From a virus (lineage: Duplodnaviria; Caudoviricetes), in the IMG/VR virus record IMGVR_UViG_3300020042_005532, positions 1 through 26,560 of that record: 26,560 bases of DNA; one strand, written 5' to 3'. The position numbers and the translations under genes are program-made. Under the pieces are notes generated by a model, which was given only the letters and a program-made list of their open reading frames with translations, did not search any database and had not been told where the DNA came from. Shown here in pieces: positions 17,813 through 24,938 of this stretch (position 1 is the stretch's first letter; each line of letters opens with the position of its first letter).

Positions 17813-17815
17813 CAT

Positions 17816-17851
17816 AAAAAAAACCCACACAGAGGAGAGCTGTATGGGTTT
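17816..17851 (-). terminator. Intrinsic terminator
   Basis: AAACCCAUACAG-CUCUCCU-CUGUGUGGGUUU 12-bp stem running into U8. Confidence 0.85.
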
Positions 17852-17914
17852 AATAAAAGAGGGTTCTCTTGAATCAAACCCGAATAAATACTCTCCTTAT
17901 CTAATCGGATTGAC
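17816..17914 (-). ncRNA. ~100-nt three-hairpin small RNA or leader with a kissing-loop pseudoknot
   Basis: P1 (17874-17913) loop AGGAGAG is exactly complementary to terminator loop CUCUCCU; P2 is AAGAG-AACC-CUCUU. Bounded by a promoter and a terminator. Confidence 0.65.
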
Positions 17915-17918
17915 AGCA

Positions 17919-17949
17919 CAAATATAGGAACTATTTTTTATTCAGCAAA
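17919..17949 (-). promoter_or_regulatory. Full Bacteroidota sigma-70 promoter TTTG-N19-TATATTTG
   Basis: -33 TTTG at 17946-17949, -7 TATATTTG at 17919-17926, 19-bp spacer. Confidence 0.75.
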
Positions 17950-18035
17950 AAACTTATAAAAATTATTACCGAATAGGCAAAAATAAATACTGGTATACCT
18001 ATAATAAAGAAGCATACAATCTGCAGCGCCCTCAT
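17931..18035 (-). CDS. 34-aa single-pass membrane peptide (not in ORF track)
   Basis: MRALQIVCFFIIGIPVFIFAYSVIIFISFLLNKK*; ATGA-coupled to the upstream gene. Confidence 0.55.
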   Translation of the reverse strand: MRALQIVCFFIIGIPVFIFAYSVIIFISFLLNKK

Positions 18036-18163
18036 AGGAACTCATTTATAAGCGCATGCTTATGTTCTCCGCACCTCCTGCACTTTCCTATTGCTGATGC
18101 TCCATGAATCCAAGAGATTCTCCATTTGTGGCCAAATAAACGGCAAAGTAGTTTATCAATCAT
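18032..18163 (-). CDS. 43-aa DUF1660-like zinc-binding micro-protein (not in ORF track)
   Basis: MIDKLLCRLFGHKWRISWIHGASAIGKCRRCGEHKHALINEFL*; carries the CxLFGHKW...CxRCG signature. Confidence 0.7.
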   Translation of the reverse strand: MIDKLLCRLFGHKWRISWIHGASAIGKCRRCGEHKHALINEFL

Positions 18164-18185
18164 AAAAAAGTAGTTTATCAATCAT
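18145..18185. repeat. Perfect 19-bp direct repeat, 22-bp period
   Basis: AAAGTAGTTTATCAATCAT at 18145-18163 and 18167-18185. Confidence 0.9.
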
Positions 18186-18394
18186 TTAATTTTAGTTCCA
18201 TCTGGGTTAATCCCCTTGTCATTGAACTTCTGGTACTCGTAAATAGGGAATGCATCGTCAAATAATTCACTACTGCCCCATACCCCACTTACAACCTCAA
18301 AACTCCATTCCCCATCAGCTATTTTCCATCTTGCGTGTTTTCTTTGCTGATTCTTGTTTATGTACTCTGTAATACTATGCGTCACTACCACCAC
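18182..18394 (-). CDS. Hypothetical protein
   Basis: 70-aa ORF within the operon; start codon uncertain. Confidence 0.55.
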   Translation of the reverse strand: MVVVTHSITEYINKNQQRKHARWKIADGEWSFEVVSGVWGSSELFDDAFPIYEYQKFNDKGINPDGTKIK

Positions 18395-18581
18395 TTACTA
18401 TGTCGTTTAGTTGATTAAAAATAGATTCAGAAGCCTCTCCCCAGTACATTTTGCATGTACTATTCTCAAAGGGAGGAGCAGAGAAGTATGATTGCATATA
18501 CTCGTTTGGCTCTGCCATAAACCTATAGCAGCTCTCTTTGACGGGGCAATCACCACCAAAACACATCGTTATGTCGCTCAT
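18375..18581 (-). CDS. Small Cys-rich hypothetical protein
   Basis: MSDITMC.G.DCP.KESCYRF...QSYF...C.MYW; four Cys, probably metal-binding. Confidence 0.7.
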   Translation of the reverse strand: MSDITMCFGGDCPVKESCYRFMAEPNEYMQSYFSAPPFENSTCKMYWGEASESIFNQLNDIVSGGSDA

Positions 18582-18817
18582 TTTAGTCTTTTTTTAATGT
18601 CTGCTTGGGAATAGTTTAATCCAATAGAAATCCTGTCCTTGTCTTGTATTTCGTTCATTTCCAGCTTTTTAATAACGTATTCGTACTGATGGTTGTGCCT
18701 TAGTTCGTCTATTATAAAATGCAAAGTTCGTTTTCTTTCGTCATCATAGGTAGTTCTGTCTAAAAAGTCATGCAGGTAATCTCTCTTCCCATCTCCAATG
18801 TTGTCTTCTGTATACAT
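18578..18817 (-). CDS. Hypothetical protein
   Basis: 79-aa ORF; ATGA overlap with the downstream gene. Confidence 0.6.
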   Translation of the reverse strand: MYTEDNIGDGKRDYLHDFLDRTTYDDERKRTLHFIIDELRHNHQYEYVIKKLEMNEIQDKDRISIGLNYSQADIKKRLK

Positions 18818-18821
18818 AAAG

Positions 18822-18926
18822 TTAGTTTTTTATACCACAATGAGGACAAAGTGGTATTGATTTTTTACCCTTATAAATAGTCTGGGTAAATAACTTCTTG
18901 CAGTTCTTACACTTTATCCAGCCCAT
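18822..18926 (-). CDS. 34-aa zinc-ribbon micro-protein (not in ORF track)
   Basis: MGWIKCKNCKKLFTQTIYKGKKSIPLCPHCGIKN*; CxxC...CPxCG; fills the gap exactly. Confidence 0.65.
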   Translation of the reverse strand: MGWIKCKNCKKLFTQTIYKGKKSIPLCPHCGIKN

Positions 18927-19218
18927 CTACATATTTTTTAATGATTAATTCAAGTTCATCCTGCTCATTACTTTCTAAGCTCATCATCAGCCTAAGAACC
19001 TCGTCATACCTAAGTGTGTCAATAGTCCTTAGTATTGAGCTGTCAGTCTTTAATTCCATAGCCTTAACAATCCAATGAAACTTATTAGCAATAGCTGCTA
19101 TGTTTTGCCTAACATACTTATTAATACTCTTGTCAATAACCAAATCATCAGCATACATAGCGCCATTTGCCGCACTAATATAAACCATAAAAAGGTTTTC
19201 TCTTTGGCTTTCCGTCAT
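18907..19218 (-). CDS. Hypothetical protein
   Basis: 103-aa ORF after the helicase, with an A-rich leader. Confidence 0.65.
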   Translation of the reverse strand: MTESQRENLFMVYISAANGAMYADDLVIDKSINKYVRQNIAAIANKFHWIVKAMELKTDSSILRTIDTLRYDEVLRLMMSLESNEQDELELIIKKYVDGLDKV

Positions 19219-19227
19219 AACTATTGT

Positions 19228-21078
19228 TTAAAATGATGAATCTTCTAAGTCCAAATCCTCCTCTCTCTCCTTGTCAATGAGCTTCTTGTCCATTCTTAGG
19301 TAGTCCCTTTCAAATGGAAGGTGGCCGTATTCATCCGTAAACTCTACCCCGTTGTGCATCTTAATGCGTATAGACTCTCCGTTCTTGGTAACTCCACCTC
19401 CCGTAAATTCAGCTGTCCTATGCTTAACAATTTTTAGCTCGTTAATCATCCAGCTTTCTGGGTCTTGAGTATTTCTGTTCATTACAATGAATATGTCAGT
19501 CTTATTTACCAGAACTGCACCACCATCAGCATCAGCAGGGTATGGCATTGGCTGATTGCCGTCCTTATTCCTTTGTCTCTGGCTTTCGCTCCTTGTATGT
19601 ACAGAAAGTAGTACAGTTATGTTTGTCCTCTTGGTAAATAGAAGCATATTAGTGTACATTTCCATCTCATGCTCATACTTAGAGGCCTTGCCACTCATTT
19701 TAAGGGAGTTTACTGGGTCAATCAGCAGTCCTTTAACTGCATGGAACTTAGAAACTGATTCAGCATACTCCAGAATCTCCTCATAATCATGCATCTTGTC
19801 ATTGTTAATGAAGAAAATCCTGTCATTAACCCACTTAATTGCCTGCTGAAAAAAGTCTTCTGGGCAGTCTTTAATCTTACATCCTACATAGAACTCTACA
19901 AACCTCATCTTTACAGATGCTACCTTGTTCTCTCCCGTATAAACTACCCAGCACCAATCATACTTCAGCGCTGAAAGAAATATTAGCCACAAGGTAACTT
20001 GTGTTTTACCCGTAGAGGTATGGCTCAGAATCGCATAGAACTGCCCTTCATTGAGGAGTAAATGCTTGTCCATGTCTTCATACCCAAATGGTTTGCCCAT
20101 CGGAATTAGGCCTGCTCTGTACTTCCTAATGAACTCCTCATCAGCTCTGTTGTTTGAAAGAAAAGAAAGCTCATCCTCAATAGCACCTACTTCATGCCAA
20201 ACTTCCTGCTCATACCTATCAATGTCGCTGATTGGCATATACCTTCCAGCCTTAATGCCATCCTTTACGGCTTTTAGTTCTGCCTCCTGCTCATCGTGGG
20301 CAAACTTCTGCATTACTTCATACTCCAGAACCATCGTTCCAATATACTCCTCTACAATACCCCCAGAAATAAGTCCTCCAATAAGGTATGCTGACTTGAT
20401 TACCGAGTTGTGCCTGCTTCCTTGTTCAGCTACCCTAATCATCTTAGCGGCCACCCCAAGCCTTTTGTAGTCTGTGAATCCAGAAGTCATAGTAACGCCT
20501 TGCGTAATTACCTTCTCTGTCAGTTCAAAGAATACTTGGGAGTTTTCGTTTATGTAAATGTCTGGGTCATAGCTGAAAAACAGAACCCTTGACGGGTTTC
20601 TTGCAGTCGGGTCAAATACTGGGTAACGTTTTAGTAGTGCAGTATAGTGTTCGTTATGCCTACTCCCATCAGCAATCTTAATCAATCCATGCAGTCCGGT
20701 ACCCGAAGGGGATGTCCATAGTGCATAAATGTACGGGTCTTTATGTACCTCCGCCTTATACTTCTGAATGTCTACATCATCAATGTCAAATGGCAATAGC
20801 CTTGAGTGTTCCGAAAGGGAATCATCAGTCCTAAATGACTTGTAATAGCTGCCATCCTCCCTCTCTTTTATAACTTGGATGTCAAATTTACCAGCAAATA
20901 GAACGCAAGGGAGTGTCATTTTTAAGTCCCTAATTCGGGATTCATCCGACTCAGCCCTTATTTTTTGTATTAATACCTTCTGGTTTCCACTCTTTATGCC
21001 ATCAAGAACCGAAGAGAGTTCAATGTAATATGGATTTTCAACATCCTTAAAAGACTTAAATACTGTTACCTTCATCAA
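19228..21078 (-). CDS. Primase-helicase fusion (BT4734/VirE N-terminal-like prim-pol domain plus DnaB/RecA-fold helicase)
   Basis: N-terminal K..LPCVLFAG.F, FDIDD, SPSGTGLHGL and R..FFSYDP; GSRHN PriCT-like segment; Walker A SHTSTGKT, Walker B LLIDP, and ..KHR arginine finger. Confidence 0.85.
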   Translation of the reverse strand: MMKVTVFKSFKDVENPYYIELSSVLDGIKSGNQKVLIQKIRAESDESRIRDLKMTLPCVLFAGKFDIQVIKEREDGSYYKSFRTDDSLSEHSRLLPFDIDDVDIQKYKAEVHKDPYIYALWTSPSGTGLHGLIKIADGSRHNEHYTALLKRYPVFDPTARNPSRVLFFSYDPDIYINENSQVFFELTEKVITQGVTMTSGFTDYKRLGVAAKMIRVAEQGSRHNSVIKSAYLIGGLISGGIVEEYIGTMVLEYEVMQKFAHDEQEAELKAVKDGIKAGRYMPISDIDRYEQEVWHEVGAIEDELSFLSNNRADEEFIRKYRAGLIPMGKPFGYEDMDKHLLLNEGQFYAILSHTSTGKTQVTLWLIFLSALKYDWCWVVYTGENKVASVKMRFVEFYVGCKIKDCPEDFFQQAIKWVNDRIFFINNDKMHDYEEILEYAESVSKFHAVKGLLIDPVNSLKMSGKASKYEHEMEMYTNMLLFTKRTNITVLLSVHTRSESQRQRNKDGNQPMPYPADADGGAVLVNKTDIFIVMNRNTQDPESWMINELKIVKHRTAEFTGGGVTKNGESIRIKMHNGVEFTDEYGHLPFERDYLRMDKKLIDKEREEDLDLEDSSF

Positions 21079-21502
21079 AGTTTTTTTTCTCGTAAAAATC
21101 CGCTATGTCTTTGTCAAATGCTGCTATGAGAACTTGTAATCTTTCATCATACTTCAAGTGCCCATTAATCTTGTTGAGATGGTATATAACCCCAGAATGG
21201 TCTGCAACATTAACATATTGTGCTATGCGCTGAAGAGAAAGCCTTGAGTATTTATTTAACAAATACACAGCAACTTGCCTTGCTTCTACTACACTCCTAG
21301 TTCTATTCTTTTTTGAAATCTCTACTCCTAACTTCCTCTGAACTAAGTCAACAATAAAATACGGCTCTATGACATTGGCTGTACTATTAATCCTTGAGAC
21401 TATTCCGCAGTCAACACCAAGTTCTATTGCCATTGAATAAGCTTCCTCAATCTTTTTCAGAATCTGCTTAACTATTTCTATCCTAAGTGTGCTACTTTCC
21501 AT
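21056..21502 (-). CDS. DnaA C-terminal (domain IV)-like helix-turn-helix protein
   Basis: SKKNRTRSVVEARQVAVYLL.KYSRLSL..IA.....DHSGVIY parallels the DnaA DNA-binding signature; no AAA+ domain. Confidence 0.75.
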   Translation of the reverse strand: MESSTLRIEIVKQILKKIEEAYSMAIELGVDCGIVSRINSTANVIEPYFIVDLVQRKLGVEISKKNRTRSVVEARQVAVYLLNKYSRLSLQRIAQYVNVADHSGVIYHLNKINGHLKYDERLQVLIAAFDKDIADFYEKKNFDEGNSI

Positions 21503-21710
21503 ATGTTTCGTTGTAGTATTGTTCTGCTCTATTTTCGTTTTCTAAATCTCCACTATCAGATAGTTGCTCAACACCAAATATTACTGCATCTGTTATCTGC
21601 TCTTTCTCCATTTCTTTTGCTTGTTTAAGTATATCTTTAGCTGAATTTGTATCGTACCAAGTTGATGTCATTTGCCTAAATAACCATTTTACTGCTGTTT
21701 GTTGTGCCAT
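21492..21710 (-). CDS. Hypothetical protein (QTAV.WL / AKEMEKEQI type)
   Basis: Motifs QTAVKWL, QAKEMEKEQI and AEQYYNETY, recurrent in small proteins of aquatic Bacteroidota phages (from memory). Confidence 0.7.
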   Translation of the reverse strand: MAQQTAVKWLFRQMTSTWYDTNSAKDILKQAKEMEKEQITDAVIFGVEQLSDSGDLENENRAEQYYNETYGK

Positions 21711-21721
21711 AGTTTATTTGT

Positions 21722-21886
21722 TTAAAATATTCTGTACAAATCTGAATACTTGTCAGCCTTTTTATGCTTAGAAATCTTTTCACACACCTTGCAATATGTA
21801 GAAAGTCTGTCAGTCGTTGTGCTACTTTTGAAGAAATTATCAGCATCCTTAACTTCATTGCATTTAGGGCACTTCTTTTGCTTCAT
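21722..21886 (-). CDS. 54-aa CxxC/CxxC zinc-finger micro-protein (not in ORF track)
   Basis: MKQKKCPKCNEVKDADNFFKSSTTTDRLSTYCKVCEKISKHKKADKYSDLYRIF*; ATGA-coupled; paralog of 16998-17159. Confidence 0.7.
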   Translation of the reverse strand: MKQKKCPKCNEVKDADNFFKSSTTTDRLSTYCKVCEKISKHKKADKYSDLYRIF

Positions 21887-22332
21887 TTTGCAAGTGTTAT
21901 TTTATACGATGTTGTGCTTGATTTTAACGGGCCAATAGAAGCTTCTCCATTCTCATCAACAAGTGTATGCCCAGAAGGTATTTTCTTTAGGATGTCCTCC
22001 CTTTGCTTAAGTGCTGATGTTGTTTTATCACTCTTGGCTTTAAGTTCAGCCCATGTAGAATCCCCAGAATAGTCATACTTTACTCCCGTTTCAGCAGTTT
22101 CAATCTTGGCATCATAAATATTTACCTTTCCTCCTTGATGTTTATAAAGCTCATCAATCGTGTATTTATTTAGCCTTTCTCTGGCATCCTTGACAAATTC
22201 TTCAAGAACCTTAAGCTGTAGTGCTGCGTCAATAGGGTTTACCTCTCCGCTATCAACTTGCTGAATAAGTATGTCTGAAGCAATTTTAATGTCAGACTTT
22301 GTAGGTTTAAGGTTTTGTAGTTGTAGTTCCAT
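21883..22332 (-). CDS. Hypothetical protein in recombination module
   Basis: GEVNPIDA...ETGVKYDYS pattern; ATG at 22332 preferred over the TTG at 22338. Confidence 0.7.
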   Translation of the reverse strand: MELQLQNLKPTKSDIKIASDILIQQVDSGEVNPIDAALQLKVLEEFVKDARERLNKYTIDELYKHQGGKVNIYDAKIETAETGVKYDYSGDSTWAELKAKSDKTTSALKQREDILKKIPSGHTLVDENGEASIGPLKSSTTSYKITLAK

Positions 22333-22516
22333 TTTCAATGTTTGTTGTGCGAATAATTGTTACTTCTGGGTTTGATGTTCCGGTAAGCACTCTTTCATAA
22401 AATTCCATAGCCTTCTCGCTGTCATGCGACAATGAGCCAGCTATGTACTCTCCATCAATGCTTGTGTAATACCAAATTACTTCTCCTTTAACTTCTTTAA
22501 CGAAATCTACTCTCAT
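22307..22516 (-). CDS. Hypothetical protein
   Basis: 69-aa ORF, ATGA-coupled to ERF. Confidence 0.6.
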   Translation of the reverse strand: MRVDFVKEVKGEVIWYYTSIDGEYIAGSLSHDSEKAMEFYERVLTGTSNPEVTIIRTTNIENGTTTTKP

Positions 22517-23043
22517 GGTTTTGTGTTTAATTGTTCTTTAATTTCTTTGGATAGTTTATATTTCTTTTCTACATCAGCAATGTTTCCGCCTTCTAGAATG
22601 TATTTATATACTGCATCAAACTGCGGAGTACCTTTGTTCAGCCACGGCTTCCCATCATCCTTCTCGTGGGTATTGGTTTCATCAGCATCCTTAGTGTCAT
22701 CAATGGCAAACATTCCGTTTAGTGCATACTTTCTGGCATAGGATGAAGATGCTCCCGTAATCTGGCTGTCTGACATTCCCTTCTGCGTTTCTGGCTCCCT
22801 TGCAAATGCTGAAACTGAAATAGAATCTGTGCCATTGGAAACTTTGACAGTCGCCTTTACATATACTCTGTCGCCAACAATAGCCATGTCATCGCTTATT
22901 GTCAGTATGCAGTTATGCTTAAATAGTAATGGCTTTACGGCCTCAAGGATGTCTTCTGCGTTTCTGTACTTGTACCCTCCAAACTTGTTGAATTGGGATT
23001 TTGGGGCTTTAAGTTCGTTCTGAATGTGTACTAATTCTTTCAT
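22513..23043 (-). CDS. erf: ERF-family single-strand annealing recombinase
   Basis: KAPKSQFNKFGGYKYRNAEDIL.AVKPLL and Q.TGASSSYARKYAL.GMF.I.D..D.D, the ERF signature. Confidence 0.9.
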   Translation of the reverse strand: MKELVHIQNELKAPKSQFNKFGGYKYRNAEDILEAVKPLLFKHNCILTISDDMAIVGDRVYVKATVKVSNGTDSISVSAFAREPETQKGMSDSQITGASSSYARKYALNGMFAIDDTKDADETNTHEKDDGKPWLNKGTPQFDAVYKYILEGGNIADVEKKYKLSKEIKEQLNTKP

Positions 23044-23216
23044 TGTTTATATGCTTTTGGGTTTGATGCTATTCCATTTTCGTAAAATGCAGCAAGGATT
23101 TTTACCTCTAATTCTTGGGTAACTTCCTCTATCTGTTTCTCATTTAGCGAATCGTGAAAATATTCACGAATAAATTTCTGTACCTTTTCAATTACTTTGT
23201 CTTGTACTTGTTTCAT
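23040..23216 (-). CDS. 58-aa hypothetical protein (not in ORF track)
   Basis: MKQVQDKVIEKVQKFIREYF...KAYKQ*; ATGA overlaps at both ends. Confidence 0.65.
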   Translation of the reverse strand: MKQVQDKVIEKVQKFIREYFHDSLNEKQIEEVTQELEVKILAAFYENGIASNPKAYKQ

Positions 23217-23404
23217 AATTGTGTTGTTGGTGAAAAATACTCTGCTGATGGTAGATTCTTTTCAGCATTATTAATCATGCTTTTGATTCTATGGTAAGTA
23301 TCTTCATCGTGCCATATTGCATGATGTACCTTAGCAATGAATACCATTCTGTCTGGCTCGCTCATTCGTGCAAATGATGAGATGTTTTCTAAGATGTTAT
23401 CCAT
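23213..23404 (-). CDS. Hypothetical protein
   Basis: 63-aa ORF within the operon. Confidence 0.6.
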   Translation of the reverse strand: MDNILENISSFARMSEPDRMVFIAKVHHAIWHDEDTYHRIKSMINNAEKNLPSAEYFSPTTQL

Positions 23405-23515
23405 AATTAAGCTTTAATGATTGTTATAACTGGCCTTTTCTTATTCCAATAATGTTTTGCGTGTTTGACGCATCCGCATTCGCAGGCATATATTTCGTGT
23501 ATGTACCTATCAGCC

Positions 23516-23716
23516 TTATGTACCTTTTTTACCTCCCACTTGTGCGGCTTGCTCGTTGTAATCCTCAAGAGTATTTGAAAAAACGCCAATAATGAATAAT
23601 GGGAAAGGGAGTTTTGATTTGTCTTTCTTTGGCAATTTGTTCCAATCTTGTTTAAGGGAATCGTAGTTTCTTGCTGTAAATTCATAAACTGCTTTTAAGG
23701 TTTGTTGTTCGTTCAT
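23516..23716 (-). CDS. Hypothetical protein
   Basis: 66-aa ORF starting 1 nt after the upstream stop, with an A-rich leader. Confidence 0.6.
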   Translation of the reverse strand: MNEQQTLKAVYEFTARNYDSLKQDWNKLPKKDKSKLPFPLFIIGVFSNTLEDYNEQAAQVGGKKGT

Positions 23717-23717
23717 T

Positions 23718-23861
23718 TTATTTGTTTATTTTGTGTTCAATAACATCAGCCAATCTTAGTACTCCGTCAAGCAAAAACTCAAGGATGGTTGCCATAAGTA
23801 TCAGCAAGAACCAAGCTGTCATTGGCAATGCCAATACGATTAGTAATAATACTTTCTTCAT
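23718..23861 (-). CDS. 47-aa membrane peptide (not in ORF track)
   Basis: MKKVLLLIVLALPMTAWFLLILMATILEFLLDGVLRLADVIEHKINK*; preceded by a TAAATTGC promoter-like box at 23878-23885. Confidence 0.6.
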   Translation of the reverse strand: MKKVLLLIVLALPMTAWFLLILMATILEFLLDGVLRLADVIEHKINK

Positions 23862-23915
23862 AATTTTAAGGTTGTGTGCAATTTAATAACTTGTTAGTTA
23901 AGTACCAAAAATATT

Positions 23916-24158
23916 TTAAAAGTCATTGCCGTTGTGGATTTGCTCAATTACAACGCGAATGTGTTCCTTAGTGAATAACTTGGTAATGTCAATGTCTGGC
24001 AGTCCAATGAACCCTATTGTAATCTTCTGTACCTCTATGTTTACATAGTCAATCTGGCTGAAGTGCCCATTATACTCTATCAGTTCGTTACTTTCTTCGG
24101 TTGTGTAGTGTGCGTCTACCGAGAACTTATCCCCGTATGCAAGTGCTATTTTCTTCAT
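23916..24158 (-). CDS. Hypothetical protein
   Basis: 80-aa ORF, ATGA-coupled. Confidence 0.6.
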   Translation of the reverse strand: MKKIALAYGDKFSVDAHYTTEESNELIEYNGHFSQIDYVNIEVQKITIGFIGLPDIDITKLFTKEHIRVVIEQIHNGNDF

Positions 24159-24514
24159 AGTTCTATTTCTAATGTTGTTAAGTATGTTTCGGAAAGCCTG
24201 CCGTTTTCTTCAGCCACTCCCCTATAATCATAGATTCTTTCATCAGCCCACTTTCCAAGTCTATCTCCATGTATGTTGATGAATCCTATTTCAGTTTCTA
24301 CCATTGCATACAAGTCATATTCATGCTCCTCTCCAGACAAAGAAAAGTTTCCGTTGTCATCCCATGACATGAGTACATTCCCCACCCATCCGGCTATTTT
24401 ATGTCTGTCCATAGCATTTTTGTTGTAAGCTGCAAACAATACCTTTTTACCATGCTTGGTAACTAATTCGCAGTCGCTGAATCCGATTTGAAATTTTACT
24501 TTTTTGTAGTTCAT
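24155..24514 (-). CDS. Hypothetical protein
   Basis: 119 aa with an LVTK.G.KV....W...G.F....E...DL pattern; ATGA-coupled. Confidence 0.65.
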   Translation of the reverse strand: MNYKKVKFQIGFSDCELVTKHGKKVLFAAYNKNAMDRHKIAGWVGNVLMSWDDNGNFSLSGEEHEYDLYAMVETEIGFINIHGDRLGKWADERIYDYRGVAEENGRLSETYLTTLEIEL

Positions 24515-24720
24515 AATTCTGAATATTTAGGGTATCTCCCGTTTTTTGTAATGTTTATTTGTAATCCCTTAACCCTTCTCTCGTCTGTTATTTCAAGGGA
24601 AAGTTTTGAGAATGTGTAGACGCATCTCTGCCCTTCATGAAATATTTCTATTGGTACTTCATCTAGCCCATACTTGTCATCCAGCATCTTCAGTTGATTT
24701 AGCAATGCTTTTGCCGTCAT
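24511..24720 (-). CDS. Hypothetical protein
   Basis: 69-aa ORF beginning MTAK.LL..L; ATGA-coupled. Confidence 0.6.
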   Translation of the reverse strand: MTAKALLNQLKMLDDKYGLDEVPIEIFHEGQRCVYTFSKLSLEITDERRVKGLQINITKNGRYPKYSEL

Positions 24721-24887
24721 AGACTGATTAGTTCAATTATTTCCTCTGGGGATTCTATGGTAAATATTCTACTTGCTAACCCCTGCAAGTCTATTATTGA
24801 GCCAGAATCATTCCTTGAAATTTGTAGGATTAGTGCTGAATTAATCCATTCGTTTCCGTAAGTTGTTGTTACTTTAATAATTTTCAT
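24717..24887 (-). CDS. 56-aa FlbD-like small beta protein (not in ORF track)
   Basis: MKIIKVTTTYGNEWINSALILQISRNDSGSIIDLQGLASRIFTIESPEEIIELISL*; I.VT...IN...I..I...ES.EEI pattern. Confidence 0.55.
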   Translation of the reverse strand: MKIIKVTTTYGNEWINSALILQISRNDSGSIIDLQGLASRIFTIESPEEIIELISL

Positions 24888-24938
24888 TGTTTTTCTTTTT
24901 TGTAATATAATGCTATTCCTATAAGTCTGTTTATTGTT

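Noticed and set aside
17690-17815. 41-aa ORF MDWLVSSRLP... immediately after the terminator
   Set aside because: No recognisable motif, a U-rich rather than A-rich leader, and overlap with predicted stems. Not called, though a leader peptide cannot be excluded.
17833-17897. AGGAGAG/CUCUCCU as a Shine-Dalgarno/anti-SD pair controlling translation
   Set aside because: No start codon lies at SD distance from AGGAGAG, and genes here lack SD motifs. Loop-loop pairing explains it better.
23407-23685. 92-aa ORF with HKW...CECG motif
   Set aside because: It largely overlaps 23516-23716 in another frame and has no clear start. The 3' part may be a real small zinc-binding gene but cannot be delimited.
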